This document shows positions 45,503 through 56,496 of a stretch of DNA of 64,000 bases, piece after piece. Where the stretch lies: the NCBI GenBank assembly GCA_963658695.1, contig CAVKRN010000005.1, positions 8,103 through 72,102 of the forward strand, given 5' to 3'. This DNA comes from a bacterium. GTDB lineage: Bacteria > Bacillota > Clostridia > Lachnospirales > Lachnospiraceae. How positions within the stretch are numbered: position 1 is the stretch's first letter; each line of letters begins with the position of its first letter. The translations under genes and the position numbers were made by a program. The notes under the pieces were generated by a model. It worked only from the letters and a program-made list of their open reading frames with translations. It had not been told where the DNA came from and searched no databases.

Positions 45503-47076
45503 TAGCCTGAGCGCGCGCTGACCTCATTGCTGATGCTCTGGACCGTTTCCGAAACCTGATAGGATTCATCCCCGAACAGATACTTGTGAAGCCAGACCAC
45601 ATTGTCCGAAAGATGAATCGGAATCACACAGGACTGGTCTCCGATGTATCCCACCGTCCGCAGCTCCTCATTCGGAAAACCGTTTGTCTCGCTGATATTA
45701 AAACGGAATGCCTTTAGCGCAAGACTTAAAATCTCCACCGCATTCAGGGATGTCCGTATCTCACTGGACAAGCTGTTGGCCGCCTTAATCATGGTAATCG
45801 GTCCCGATTTTTTGAGCTTGGCAAAGGTCTTGGAAAGGACTTCTTTCTGCCGCTCCGTTCGTTTAAAGTCGCCGCCGTCGGTATAACGAATCCGGCAATA
45901 GGCCGTTGCCTGCAGACCATTTAATGTCTGCGTCCCGGACGAGGTCACCGGAACATACTCTTTCCCCAGTTCCACTGCCATCGTGGACTGATAATTGTTC
46001 AGATGTTCGATCTCATCCTGCTGGACATCAATTTCAATACCGCCCACCGCATCGATCATATCTGCCACGCCGCCAAAGCCTATGGTGGCATAGTCGGTAA
46101 TGTTCAGATCCAGATTGGTGTTGAGCATCTTGATGGCCTGTTCCGGACCGCCGTACGCATAGGCTGCATTGGCCTTCTGATAATTCCCATCCCCGATATC
46201 CAGATAGGTGTCACGATACACCGAAACCAGCTTCACATCACCCGTTTTGTCATTGATGGATGCAATAATCATAACATCCGTACGGTTGTTTCCGGAATCC
46301 AGACTCTGCTGTGTCGAATCCAGACCAAACAAAGCAATATTGGTATACCCCGCCATTGCTCCCGTTTCCTGACTTTTCTTCACCTCATCGCTGATGAGAT
46401 TCCGGATGTCTGCCGTACTGATGCCCTCCATAATGCCGGACATCCTTGCCAGAATAAACAGCGCCGGAAAAACAAGCAGCACGAGCACCAGCAGCGTGAT
46501 GAGGATACGTCGCACAGGATGCCTTTTTTTGCGGCCTCGTCGTCCCTGCTCCTTTTGCTCCTTATAGGCCAGGAATTCCTCATATTCCCTCCGGTCCGCT
46601 CGAGACATCCCACGGTCCCGTTCTCTTGTATCTTCGCGCCTGTTCCGTGGTTCTTTATCTCTTGCCTCCTCGCGCTTCTCCCGTGACTTCCTGTCTCTTG
46701 TATTCTCTCGTTTCTTCCGAGGCTCCCGGTAACGGTCCGTGCGCGTTTTGCTGCGACTTGTGCCGCGCATCGACGACACATCCATTTCCGATTCCTCCTC
46801 TTCGAACAACACCGAATCCTCCTCCGACTCATATTGTTCCGGATCCAGATCCCCTTGTTTCAATTTTCTTTGCCCCAGATCCCTTTGCTCCGCTTCTCTT
46901 TGCTCACGAAGCGTCTGACGCTGAATCGCATCCTCCAGATCCATTGTCCAGTCATCCTCTGTATCCGATTCATAATTCGCTGCTGTCAGAATGTCTTCTG
47001 GGGATACTGTTTTTTTATGATTCTCTGCCAGAATATCCTCCGGCATAATACCGTTCCGATTTCGTTTGTTCTCCAT
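45499..47076 (-). CDS. LytR-CpsA-Psr (LCP) family protein with long charged N-terminal tail
   Basis: NIALFGLD, RTDVMII, SVYRDT, KANAAY, YCRIR, DFKRTERQ. Confidence 0.92.
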   Translation of the reverse strand: MENKRNRNGIMPEDILAENHKKTVSPEDILTAANYESDTEDDWTMDLEDAIQRQTLREQREAEQRDLGQRKLKQGDLDPEQYESEEDSVLFEEEESEMDVSSMRGTSRSKTRTDRYREPRKKRENTRDRKSREKREEARDKEPRNRREDTRERDRGMSRADRREYEEFLAYKEQKEQGRRGRKKRHPVRRILITLLVLVLLVFPALFILARMSGIMEGISTADIRNLISDEVKKSQETGAMAGYTNIALFGLDSTQQSLDSGNNRTDVMIIASINDKTGDVKLVSVYRDTYLDIGDGNYQKANAAYAYGGPEQAIKMLNTNLDLNITDYATIGFGGVADMIDAVGGIEIDVQQDEIEHLNNYQSTMAVELGKEYVPVTSSGTQTLNGLQATAYCRIRYTDGGDFKRTERQKEVLSKTFAKLKKSGPITMIKAANSLSSEIRTSLNAVEILSLALKAFRFNISETNGFPNEELRTVGYIGDQSCVIPIHLSDNVVWLHKYLFGDESYQVSETVQSISNEVSARSGY

Positions 47077-47186
47077 GTGCTCCTTCTTTGGCTCTGCCTT
47101 TCGCAGTTGCGTCGTTCAAGGTGTATTAGCCAAAGTAATACACCTTTTTTACCGTTCCCGCAAGCGCCACATGGTATAATACCCCC

Positions 47187-48290
47187 ATGAATAATTCTGA
47201 ACTTTTTCAAAACCAACCAATGCAACTGCATTTTGACCGTATCCGAAGCGTAGCAGCCTGCCTTGTCGTGCTAACACACGCGAGCGCGCAGTGGCTGGAT
47301 GCTTCCTGCACATTGGGCATGCCTGCCTTGTTATTCGCGCAGCTTTGCAACATAGTATCCTTTGCCGGCATCACTTTATTTGTCATGCTCAGCGGCGCCA
47401 TCTATCTTGCTCCGTCGCACAAGAGCAAGAGCTGCAGCGTGCGCGTTATGAGCAAACGGGCACTGCGTTTCCTGTTATTGTACAGCTTCTGGAAGCTGTT
47501 CTACCTGGCCGAAAACCTTCTTCTGCATTCGGAGCTTTTGCAACAGAGTTCATTGAAGGAATCTCTTTTTCTGGCTTTTTTTCGGACAAACGGCAAATAC
47601 CATCTCTGGTACCTGCCCATGTTCTCGCTCCTTTTGATTTTAGTACCACTCCTGTATGAGGGTGCGCAGCGCCGCGGTGCCTGCATTCTGTACCTTTTGC
47701 TGTTTATCCTCACTGCCATTATACTTCCTAACGCATTTTTATATGAATTCCCGTTCAAATATCTGCTGCTGGACATGCGAAACCTCTTTGACCTGAATTA
47801 TTTTCTCGGGTATCTGGGCTATTTTCTGTTAGGACATGTGCTGGCAGAAAATGTGCAAGCAGGCAACTTGAATTGTAAAACGCGGTATTCCATATGGATT
47901 TCTGTTTTCCTGTGGGCCGGTGCGGCATTGTCATTGACAGTTGCTCTTTTTAAAAGCGTCTTCTGCTCCATTGGGCAGACCTCTGCGTATACATCGCTTG
48001 CAACCCCGTTTTCGGTACACATTTTGCTACTGGCAGCTGCCGTATTCCGGCTGCTATGCACCAGCCATAAGGCGTCTCTATTCTCCATTACATTTCGACT
48101 TTCCAAGGCATCCTTCGGTATCTATTTGCTGCACCCGTTCCTTTTGGACCTTCTGCAAAAAACAAATCTTGTCACTGATGCTGTCAGCCCGCTCCTTGGA
48201 ATTCCCGTCCTTTGGCTGGTACTGGTCACGCTTTCGTGCTGCCTGTCCCTGTTTCTAAAGCGCCTTCCGCTCATTCGAAGACTTCTCTAG
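47187..48290 (+). CDS. Acyltransferase-3 family membrane protein
   Basis: FDRIR..VVLTH, LFVMLSG, YHLWYL, SFGIYLLH. Confidence 0.85.
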   Translation: MNNSELFQNQPMQLHFDRIRSVAACLVVLTHASAQWLDASCTLGMPALLFAQLCNIVSFAGITLFVMLSGAIYLAPSHKSKSCSVRVMSKRALRFLLLYSFWKLFYLAENLLLHSELLQQSSLKESLFLAFFRTNGKYHLWYLPMFSLLLILVPLLYEGAQRRGACILYLLLFILTAIILPNAFLYEFPFKYLLLDMRNLFDLNYFLGYLGYFLLGHVLAENVQAGNLNCKTRYSIWISVFLWAGAALSLTVALFKSVFCSIGQTSAYTSLATPFSVHILLLAAAVFRLLCTSHKASLFSITFRLSKASFGIYLLHPFLLDLLQKTNLVTDAVSPLLGIPVLWLVLVTLSCCLSLFLKRLPLIRRLL

Positions 48291-48330
48291 AGAAACGCTG
48301 ATGAAAGCATCGATTTTTGCTTCGCAGCGA

Positions 48331-48363
48331 AAAAGGGAGTCAGTCTTTGACTGGCTCCCTTTT
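48331..48363. terminator. Bidirectional terminator between convergent genes
   Basis: AAAAGGGAGTCAGTC/GACTGGCTCCCTTTT. Confidence 0.85.
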
Positions 48364-48390
48364 CGCTGCACCTTAAGATTTACTGCTGTT

Positions 48391-49143
48391 TTACTTGTTG
48401 TAGTTAACGATCTCTCCGAAATCAGCCTTCAGAGCTGCTCCGCCGATCAGACCGCCATCGATGTCCGGCTTTGCCAGAAGCTCCTTGCAGTTTCCTGCGT
48501 TCATGGAGCCACCGTACTGGATACGGATCTTCTCCGCTGTATCAGTATCATAGATCGAAGCGATGGTCTCGCGAATAGCCGCGCATACCTCCTCCGCCTG
48601 CTCAGCGGTTGCGGTCTTTCCGGTTCCGATTGCCCAGATCGGCTCATAGGCAATCACAAGCCCCGCTGCCTGCTCAGCGGTTACGCCCTGAAGATCCGAC
48701 TTAATCTGGAGACGAATCCAGTCAAGTGTAACACCGGCTTCGCGCTGCTCCAGCGTCTCGCCGCAGCACAGGATCGGTGTCAGACCATTTTCAAGAGCCT
48801 TCAGTACCTTGCGATTTAAGAACGCATCGTCCTCACCATAGTACTGTCTTCTCTCGGAGTGTCCGATGATAACATACTTTACACCGGCATCCAGCAGCAT
48901 TGCTGCCGAAATCTCTCCGGTATACGCACCCTTGTCCTGATCCGAAATGTTCTCTGCACCCAGCTGAACATTGGTTCCCTTGATCGCCTCTGCAACCGGT
49001 ACAATGTCAATTGCAGGAACGCAGTACACAACATCTACGTCCGGGTTGTCTACCAGCGGCTTCAAGAGTTCCACCAGCTCCCTTGCCTCGCTGGGTGTCT
49101 TGTTCATCTTCCAGTTGCCTGCAATAATCTTTTTACGTGCCAT
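48391..49143 (-). CDS. tpiA: Triosephosphate isomerase
   Basis: [28 protein letters not shown]. Confidence 0.98.
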   Translation of the reverse strand: MARKKIIAGNWKMNKTPSEARELVELLKPLVDNPDVDVVYCVPAIDIVPVAEAIKGTNVQLGAENISDQDKGAYTGEISAAMLLDAGVKYVIIGHSERRQYYGEDDAFLNRKVLKALENGLTPILCCGETLEQREAGVTLDWIRLQIKSDLQGVTAEQAAGLVIAYEPIWAIGTGKTATAEQAEEVCAAIRETIASIYDTDTAEKIRIQYGGSMNAGNCKELLAKPDIDGGLIGGAALKADFGEIVNYNK

Positions 49144-49233
49144 TTTCCCTCTCCATCCCGCAGCTTATCTGCGGCAGCACGGGAGAATTCGACGCCTGCG
49201 AATCCTCCGCATGCGACTCATTGCAATTATCTC

Positions 49234-50472
49234 TTACTTATCATCTGCTGCGTATACGCCGGGCAGCTCCTTGCCTTCCAGGAATTCCAAAGAAGCACCG
49301 CCGCCGGTAGAAATGTGGCTCATCTTATCTGCATAACCCAGCTGATTGACTGCTGCTGCGGAATCGCCGCCACCGATGATCGTGGTAGCATCGGTCTCTG
49401 CCAGAGCCTTTGCAACTTCCTTCGTGCCTGCTGCCAGAACCGGGTTCTCGAATACGCCCATCGGTCCGTTCCATACAACGGTCTTTGCTGTTGCAACTGC
49501 CTCAGCATACAGTGCAATGGTCTTCGGTCCGATATCCATGCCCAGCTTGCCTGCCGGAATCTTATCGATATCAACGATCTCCGTAGCGATCGAAGCGTCA
49601 TCGATCGGATCCGGGAAATGATCGGTTACAACCGCATCTACCGGGAGCAGGAGCTTCTTGCCGAGCTTTTCAGCCTTCTCCAGCATCTCCTTGCAGTAAT
49701 CCAGCTTAGTATCGTCGCAAAGAGAAGCGCCGATTTCGTATCCCTGTGCCTTTGCAAACGTAAATGCCATGCCGCCGCCGATGATCAGCGTATCGCACTT
49801 CTCCAGAAGGTTGGAGATAACGCTCAGCTTGTCAGCAACCTTTGCACCGCCCAGAATCGCAACAAACGGACGAACCGGATCCTCTACAGCATTGCCAAGG
49901 AACTTAATCTCCTTCTGCATCAGATAACCAACTGCACAGGTGCCGCCCTTTTCACGGATATACTTGGTAACCACTGCAACCGAAGCGTGTGCTCTGTGTG
50001 CAGAACCAAATGCATCACAAACATAATCATCTGCCAGATCTGCCAGCTCCTTGGCGAACTCTTCACCGGCATCCTGAGGCTTTGTCTCTTCCTTGCCACG
50101 GAAACGGGTGTTCTGCAGGAGAACAACGTCTCCGTCCTTCATAGCTGCAACTGCGTCTGTTGCTGCCTGACCGGTAACATTGTAGTCCGCAATGAACTTC
50201 ACTTCCTTGCCAAGCTTCTCCGACAGGCGTGCTGCAACCGGTGCAAGAGACTCTCCCTCGTTCGGTCCGTTCTTTACCTTGCCCAGATGAGAGCAAAGGA
50301 TTACCTTTGCGCCTTCCTCGATGAGCTTGTTAATGGTAGGAAGTGCAGCAACGATACGAGTTTCATCCGTGATCTTACCTTCCTTCAGCGGAACGTTGAA
50401 ATCGCATCTTACCAGTACTCTTCTTCCTGCCGCGTTGAAATCTTCAACCGTCTTCTTATTCAGTGCTGCCAT
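49234..50472 (-). CDS. pgk: Phosphoglycerate kinase
   Basis: [39 protein letters not shown]. Confidence 0.98.
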   Translation of the reverse strand: MAALNKKTVEDFNAAGRRVLVRCDFNVPLKEGKITDETRIVAALPTINKLIEEGAKVILCSHLGKVKNGPNEGESLAPVAARLSEKLGKEVKFIADYNVTGQAATDAVAAMKDGDVVLLQNTRFRGKEETKPQDAGEEFAKELADLADDYVCDAFGSAHRAHASVAVVTKYIREKGGTCAVGYLMQKEIKFLGNAVEDPVRPFVAILGGAKVADKLSVISNLLEKCDTLIIGGGMAFTFAKAQGYEIGASLCDDTKLDYCKEMLEKAEKLGKKLLLPVDAVVTDHFPDPIDDASIATEIVDIDKIPAGKLGMDIGPKTIALYAEAVATAKTVVWNGPMGVFENPVLAAGTKEVAKALAETDATTIIGGGDSAAAVNQLGYADKMSHISTGGGASLEFLEGKELPGVYAADDK

Positions 50473-50497
50473 AGTGGCCTCCTTTATCTATGACAAA

Positions 50498-50533
50498 ACC
50501 GAGGTCCAGGCCTCAAAGGGCCCGGGCCTCGGT
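50498..50533. terminator. GC-rich stem-loop between gap and pgk (partial terminator or stabiliser)
   Basis: ACCGAGGTCCAGGCC/GGCCCGGGCCTCGGT. Confidence 0.6.
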
Positions 50534-50566
50534 GTCAGTTCTGTATGATACTGTTAATCGTATGGA

Positions 50567-51586
50567 TTACTTGTTCAGCAGAGAACCGAAGTGCTTGATG
50601 GTGCGAACCATCTGGCTGGTGTAGGAGTTCTCGTTGTCATACCAAGAAACAACCTGAACCTCAGTAGTTCCGTTGTCCAGAGGAAGAACCATGGTCTGAG
50701 TTGCATCGAACAAAGAGCCATAGGTCATGCCAACGATATCGCTGGAAACGATCTCATCCTCGTTGTAGCCGAAGGACTCGGTAGCAGCTGCTTTCATTGC
50801 TGCGTTGATCTGATCCTTGGTAACCTCACCCTCAACAACAGCAGTCAGGATAGTGGTAGAACCGGTAGGTGTAGGAACACGCTGTGCAGAACCGATCAGC
50901 TTGCCGTTCAGTTCAGGGATAACAAGGCCGATTGCCTTTGCAGCGCCGGTGCTGTTGGGAACAATGTTGACAGCAGCTGCGCGGGATCTTCTCAGATCGC
51001 CCTTTCTCTGCGGTCCATCCAGAGTCATCTGATCGCCGGTGTAAGCGTGAATGGTGCACATGATACCGGACTTGATGGGAGCCAGATCATTCAGAGCCTT
51101 TGCCATAGGAGCAAGGCAGTTGGTGGTGCAGGAAGCTGCAGAGATGATCTTGTCCTCTGCTGTCAGACCCTGGTGGTTAACATTGTAAACGATGGTAGGA
51201 AGGTCATTTCCTGCAGGAGCGGAAATAACAACGTGCTTTGCACCAGCATCGATGTGAGCCTGTGCCTTTGCCTTGGAGGTATAGAAGCCTGTGCACTCCA
51301 GAACTACGTCAACACCAAGCTCGCCCCAAGGAAGCTCAGCTGCGTTAGCCTTTGCATAGATCGTAATCTTCTTGCCATCAACGGAGATGTAATCCTCGCC
51401 AGCCTCAACCTTATCGCAAAGAGCATATCTGCCCTGTGTGGAATCATACTTAAGCAGGTGAGCAAGCATCTTAGGAGAGGTCAGGTCGTTGATTGCAACG
51501 ATCTCAAATCCCTCTGCTCCGAACATCTGACGGAAAGCCAGACGACCAATACGGCCAAATCCATTAATTGCAACTTTTACTGCCAT
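50567..51586 (-). CDS. gap: Glyceraldehyde-3-phosphate dehydrogenase type I
   Basis: [22 protein letters not shown]; start after AGGAGG. Confidence 0.98.
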   Translation of the reverse strand: MAVKVAINGFGRIGRLAFRQMFGAEGFEIVAINDLTSPKMLAHLLKYDSTQGRYALCDKVEAGEDYISVDGKKITIYAKANAAELPWGELGVDVVLECTGFYTSKAKAQAHIDAGAKHVVISAPAGNDLPTIVYNVNHQGLTAEDKIISAASCTTNCLAPMAKALNDLAPIKSGIMCTIHAYTGDQMTLDGPQRKGDLRRSRAAAVNIVPNSTGAAKAIGLVIPELNGKLIGSAQRVPTPTGSTTILTAVVEGEVTKDQINAAMKAAATESFGYNEDEIVSSDIVGMTYGSLFDATQTMVLPLDNGTTEVQVVSWYDNENSYTSQMVRTIKHFGSLLNK

Positions 51587-51619
51587 CTCTGTATCCTCCT
51601 GAGATAATCTGTTTGATTG

Positions 51620-51705
51620 ACTCCCCTCGAAATTAAACTCCCCTCGAAAGTTTGTCAATTTTTTATCAGCGCTTATATAATACTAGCAGAACACAAGAAT
51701 TTCAA
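51620..51705 (-). promoter_or_regulatory. gap promoter TTGAAA-N17-TATTAT plus 13-bp direct repeat in leader
   Basis: -35 51705-51700, -10 51682-51677; ACTCCCCTCGAAA at 51620 and 51637. Confidence 0.6.
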
Positions 51706-51786
51706 GGTAACTATCTCAGAGGCAAGAAAAAATTCACAAATCAGACAGGGAATGCGTGCATTTCCAAGTCTCGCACGGAGGTCTTC

Positions 51787-52689
51787 ATGCCGATTATATC
51801 CGACTGCCATGTTCACTCTTCTTTTTCCGCCGACGCATCCGCGCCGATGGAGGAGCAGATTCGCGCCGCCATTGCTGCCGGTCTTCATTCTCTTTATTTT
51901 ACCGAGCACGTCGATCTGGATTCGCCGTTTACCAATGCGCCTTCCGATGATCCGGAATCGGATTTTCATATTGATTACGACGCGTACCGGGAAACCTATC
52001 TGCAGTGTAAAGAGCGCTATGCCGGCAGAATCTCACTTTATTTTGGTCTGGAGCTGGGGCTGAATGTCTCCTATGCTGCCAAGCTGCAGGATTACATCCG
52101 GTCGCATCCGGATTTTGACTTCGTCATTGGATCCACGCATTCAGCACGAAACGGAATGGATCCATATTATGCCAGCTTTTTCGACGCCCCCATTTCCGGT
52201 TCTTCCGCAGATTCAAAGGAGCCGGCAGCCGATTGGGATCCATATCGCCTTTATTTTGAAACAGCACTGCAGAACGTCCGTACCTTCTGTTGCCAGAAAC
52301 TCTTTGACAGCTACGGACATCTGGACTACATTCTGCGCTGCGGCCCCAGACGCGCCGACGCATCCTGCAAAGAGCAGACTTCTGACTGGTATTACAGGCA
52401 ATATGCCGACCTGATCGACGCTATTTTGCAGGAGCTGATCCAGCACGAAAGAGCGTTAGAACTTAATACGTCACCGCTTAAAAAAGGCTTTCCCGAGACC
52501 AATCCCGGAAAAGCCGTTCTGAAGCGTTACTATGAGCTGGGCGGGCGTCTTCTTACCATTGGCTCCGACGCCCACGCTCCGGAGGCGGTGGGGTTTGCAT
52601 TCGACCGCGCCGCTGCGCTGTTATCCGAATGCGGCTTTGACCGCTACGTCACCTACGTCAAGCGATCCCCCATCTGGCACGCACTGTAA
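51787..52689 (+). CDS. PHP-family histidinol-phosphatase-like (HisJ)
   Basis: DCHVHS, FTEH, GLELG, IGSTH, GHLDY, GSDAH. Confidence 0.88.
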   Translation: MPIISDCHVHSSFSADASAPMEEQIRAAIAAGLHSLYFTEHVDLDSPFTNAPSDDPESDFHIDYDAYRETYLQCKERYAGRISLYFGLELGLNVSYAAKLQDYIRSHPDFDFVIGSTHSARNGMDPYYASFFDAPISGSSADSKEPAADWDPYRLYFETALQNVRTFCCQKLFDSYGHLDYILRCGPRRADASCKEQTSDWYYRQYADLIDAILQELIQHERALELNTSPLKKGFPETNPGKAVLKRYYELGGRLLTIGSDAHAPEAVGFAFDRAAALLSECGFDRYVTYVKRSPIWHAL

Positions 52690-52698
52690 TGCGAAGCT

Positions 52699-53259
52699 CT
52701 ATACAGCCTCCAATTCCTTCAGTACCTGATACAAGTGTGCCACCGGAAGCCCCACAATGTTGTTGTAGTCGCCTACAATCCGTGTAACATATCGTCCGAA
52801 AAGGCCCTGTATGCCATACCCTCCCGCTTTGTCCATGGGCTCTGCGGAATCTGCATAGGCCTGCATCTCCTCGACCGTCATCGGTGCCACTTCCACCTGT
52901 GTGCACTCCACAAAGGACACCGTTTTCTGTCCGCATATAACCGTGACGCCGGTATATACCTCGTGCGTCCGGCCCTGGATTTTGCGAATCATTGCATAGG
53001 CAGCCTCGTGACTTTTGGGCTTTCCCAGAATCTGCCCGTCTACTGCAACGACAGTATCTGCGCCGATGACCACCGCAGGTTCCTCCTGCCGGCCCGCGAT
53101 ATCACTTGCCTTCTGCTGGGAAAGAATCCGCACCACCTCCCGTGGCGAGCTGGAGGAAACCACCTCCGGCAGCATACTGGGCTGCACACTCGCCTCAATG
53201 CCAATCTGCGCCAGAAGCTGCACGCGGCGCGGCGATCTTGATGCCAAAATAATCTTCAT
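52699..53259 (-). CDS. maf: Maf-family nucleotide pyrophosphatase
   Basis: ILASRSPRR, IGADTVV, LGKP, DKAGGYGIQ, VGLP. Confidence 0.93.
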   Translation of the reverse strand: MKIILASRSPRRVQLLAQIGIEASVQPSMLPEVVSSSSPREVVRILSQQKASDIAGRQEEPAVVIGADTVVAVDGQILGKPKSHEAAYAMIRKIQGRTHEVYTGVTVICGQKTVSFVECTQVEVAPMTVEEMQAYADSAEPMDKAGGYGIQGLFGRYVTRIVGDYNNIVGLPVAHLYQVLKELEAV

Positions 53260-53296
53260 TTTTTCTCCTTCTGCTTGCAGGCGCATTCACACTCTC

Positions 53297-56200
53297 TCAA
53301 TTTCCTGCATTCGCATCCACTCCCAAATAGCACGTATCCGGCATAACTGTTTCGGGATAAACTTCCAGCTTTTCCAGGATGATTCCCTCTTCCCTTGACA
53401 GCAGCTCCAGGCATTGTTTGCCCGCCTTCAGCGGAAGAACCGTTTTGACGGTGCGTTCCTGATCCAGTACCGCTATGCTCCAGTCCTTATTGGAGCAAAA
53501 GCCGATGGTTCGCGACGCCTCTGCGACTGTGACTTCACAGACGTCCGCATCCCCGACCTTCACGCCAAATGTCTGCGGCTTCTCAAAGCCTGTCGGATTA
53601 AGCGGCGCCATATGAAACTCCAGAACATAATTTCCTTCTGCCGGAATCTCCACACAGCAGGTAGCCGGCGCATTTTCCTTTGCGGGAGCCTTCAATCCGG
53701 AGCCGTACTTTCCGTAATAGGGCAGTACTTGCCACGATTCACTGGTAAAATCCTCCGGGAAAAGAACCTGAATTCCCTGTCTTCCGCTTCCCGGAAGCGC
53801 TGTTTCCTTCGATCTGGCCAGTATCTCCACCTGCGTTTTCGTCTCATCACTGCCGGTAATGGTAAGCGTGCAAGCTGCTGCCGCAGTCGTCATCCGTTCT
53901 CTTTGCACACGTACCTGTATCCGGCAAAGCTCTCCCGTCTGCAGGGTCCCATCGTCTGGCATCACATGCAGCCACTTAGGGCAATCGCCCACGCCGGACG
54001 CCGGACGCGTTTCCGACGCGTTTCCGGTGGCGCCTTCCGCCTTACCTACTCCCATATCCCGGTCATTCACCGTTGCACCGGTTTTAAAATGCAGCTCTCC
54101 GCTTCCATTGTTCGAAAGCTCCAGGTAAAACGACTCATTTCCCGCATAACAGAAATCCTCGGCAAGTATCTTTCCCGGACCGTCATAATCCCTCTCAAAG
54201 GTCTGCTCCGCATCCGCTCTCGATACCGACAAAATCGGTGCATCCTGCGGCTCAATTCGCATAATCACCGGATTCCGCCGTCCAAAGTCATTCCACTTGG
54301 TAAAGCCGATGTGATGCGCCAGCTCCATCCCTTTCCACTTCCCGTCAAGAAAAGCAGCCCACTCTGCGGCCAATGCTCTATCCCTGTCCAGGCACTGCTG
54401 CGTAAGATCGGCAAAACGGTTGGCCTCGGGCCGTCCCTGGGCGGCATAATGATGATTTTTGCCTGCATACAGATGTAGCTGCAAAAGGTTAGTGACCGCC
54501 CTGCAGGGCCATCCGATCATGCTGTAATAGCCGTCAAACGCCGGTGCCCCTTCCAGATCGTGCAGGATTTTCTCATTGGAATCCTCCAAGCTCTTCACTC
54601 TTTGAAGAAGCCGGTCTGTTTCCAGTTCATGGCAGGGATGAAAGATCTCCGGATGCAGCGATTCCGGGCGACGAAGCGATGCAAGCTGAATGTACTCCTC
54701 CAGCACATTAGCAGCTTCCTCAGCAAGTAAGTCACCAGATCTCTCACCCCTATTCACCGGCCGCTCTGCAGCCGCTTGCATGCGGTCGTCTTCCGGGAAC
54801 AGCTCCGAAGCCACCATGCGCGGATATTCCAGATAGCTTTGCGGATTGCTCCTGCCCCATTTCTCATAATCATAGGCAAGATCCATGAAATAGCGCAGCG
54901 TCACCTCATGAAATTTAAGATCCCCAACGTTGACAATCCAAAGCTCTTGTACGCCGTGCTCGTATGCCTCGCACATCTGCTCCCAGATCTGGGAAAACGG
55001 CGTCGAATCCACCCATTCATAGGATACCGGACCTCCGTGGTAATCCAGGTGGTAATACATCCCATACCCGCCTCTGTGCCGGCGCATGGCTTCGTCCGGC
55101 AGTGCCCGCAAATGGCCGAAATTGTCGTCACTGAGCATGCAGATAACGCCGTCCAGCCCTTCCCAGGAATAGAGTCCCTCCGCAGCATCGGCTCCGTAAT
55201 AATACCCTTCCACTTCCTTATATACTGCCAGCATTTCGCGCGTTTCTCGGCGGATGGTGCCGTCTTCTTTGCCTTCACGGATCAGTGCGCGCTGGGCAGA
55301 AATGATCTCCTTCAAAAGCCGGATATTGTCTGCTGCCGGACTGTCCTCTCCGAGTAGCGCAGAGTCCCGTTCGCCCCGCATGCCGATGGTAATCATGTTC
55401 TCATAGCTTCCGCGGTCCTTCAGCGCATCCTGCCAATATCGCAAAAGCCCTTCCCGATTTACCCGAAAGTCCCAGGCATTTCCGTACACAGAGTGTTCCC
55501 CCCGCACCTGATCCCACTCCTCACTTGCGCGCAGGCACGGTTCGTGGTGTGAAAAACTCCAGATAATACCATACTCATCCGCCAGCTCCATGTCCGCAGG
55601 TCCCGGACCATCCAGCGGAAAGGAGCTGGTCCACATCGCAGGCCAGAGATAATTGCCGCGAAGCCGCAGCAGCAGCTCAAATACGCAGTCGTACATGGAC
55701 GCATTGAAACCGCCGAAGTGCTCCGTGCACCAGGTCCCAAACGCCGGCCATTCATCGTTGATGAAAAAACCGCGGTATCGCACCGAAGGCTCTCCGGACA
55801 TGCTGTTCCATGTCGCGTCCAGCAGAATGTCCTTCTGTTGCCGCACCGGAACATCTCCCCAATCGGACAACGGTGAAACGCCCATTGCCTCCGACAGAGA
55901 AAATAGGCCGTAAATTGTTCCTCTCTTATCGCTTCCGAGAATCAGGAAAATATCTGACTCACTCTCATGGATTTCTCCTGAAGTCAGCTCTTTTGCCGCC
56001 GCCTCTTTTCCATCCGCAGCTGCAGAGCCTCTCCCCGGAATATACAGCCGAAGGTAGCATTCTCTTCTGCCAGACAGCTTCTCAATAAGTTCCTCCGAGA
56101 TTCGTCCCTCCTCCAGGAGGCGATTCGCCAAAGGACTGTGCCCCATGGTAGCTGCCAGAATGACCGGTCCCCCGTTCCATTCCTCGGCGCTTCTTATATG

Positions 56201-56344
56201 TTCCGGCCGTTTGCCGATCACCTTTTCCACATCCAAAGTCACCTTGTCTGCGATCCGTGAAACGCCCGGAAATGCCTCTTTCTCCGTCAAAAATGGAACG
56301 GCCGCGCCGCTTTTTTGTAGCATATGAATTCCTTGTTCCTGCAT
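53297..56344 (-). CDS. Glycoside hydrolase family 115 (alpha-glucuronidase-like)
   Basis: GSDKRGTIYG, YRGFFINDE, GNYLWPAMW, SHHEP, GMRGERD, YYHLDYHGGP, NVGDLK. Confidence 0.92.
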   Translation of the reverse strand: MQEQGIHMLQKSGAAVPFLTEKEAFPGVSRIADKVTLDVEKVIGKRPEHIRSAEEWNGGPVILAATMGHSPLANRLLEEGRISEELIEKLSGRRECYLRLYIPGRGSAAADGKEAAAKELTSGEIHESESDIFLILGSDKRGTIYGLFSLSEAMGVSPLSDWGDVPVRQQKDILLDATWNSMSGEPSVRYRGFFINDEWPAFGTWCTEHFGGFNASMYDCVFELLLRLRGNYLWPAMWTSSFPLDGPGPADMELADEYGIIWSFSHHEPCLRASEEWDQVRGEHSVYGNAWDFRVNREGLLRYWQDALKDRGSYENMITIGMRGERDSALLGEDSPAADNIRLLKEIISAQRALIREGKEDGTIRRETREMLAVYKEVEGYYYGADAAEGLYSWEGLDGVICMLSDDNFGHLRALPDEAMRRHRGGYGMYYHLDYHGGPVSYEWVDSTPFSQIWEQMCEAYEHGVQELWIVNVGDLKFHEVTLRYFMDLAYDYEKWGRSNPQSYLEYPRMVASELFPEDDRMQAAAERPVNRGERSGDLLAEEAANVLEEYIQLASLRRPESLHPEIFHPCHELETDRLLQRVKSLEDSNEKILHDLEGAPAFDGYYSMIGWPCRAVTNLLQLHLYAGKNHHYAAQGRPEANRFADLTQQCLDRDRALAAEWAAFLDGKWKGMELAHHIGFTKWNDFGRRNPVIMRIEPQDAPILSVSRADAEQTFERDYDGPGKILAEDFCYAGNESFYLELSNNGSGELHFKTGATVNDRDMGVGKAEGATGNASETRPASGVGDCPKWLHVMPDDGTLQTGELCRIQVRVQRERMTTAAAACTLTITGSDETKTQVEILARSKETALPGSGRQGIQVLFPEDFTSESWQVLPYYGKYGSGLKAPAKENAPATCCVEIPAEGNYVLEFHMAPLNPTGFEKPQTFGVKVGDADVCEVTVAEASRTIGFCSNKDWSIAVLDQERTVKTVLPLKAGKQCLELLSREEGIILEKLEVYPETVMPDTCYLGVDANAGN

Positions 56345-56496
56345 GGTTTTTCCTTTGTTTGTCCTTTGCATATGAGTCACAGTTCCCGCGCCTGCGCCAG
56401 TAACAGGGTGGCGGGCATCTATACAGCGTTCCTCTAATGTATGATAGAATGGCGCTTGGGTCAAAAGATTTTTATTCTGCATTAATGAGGAATTAT

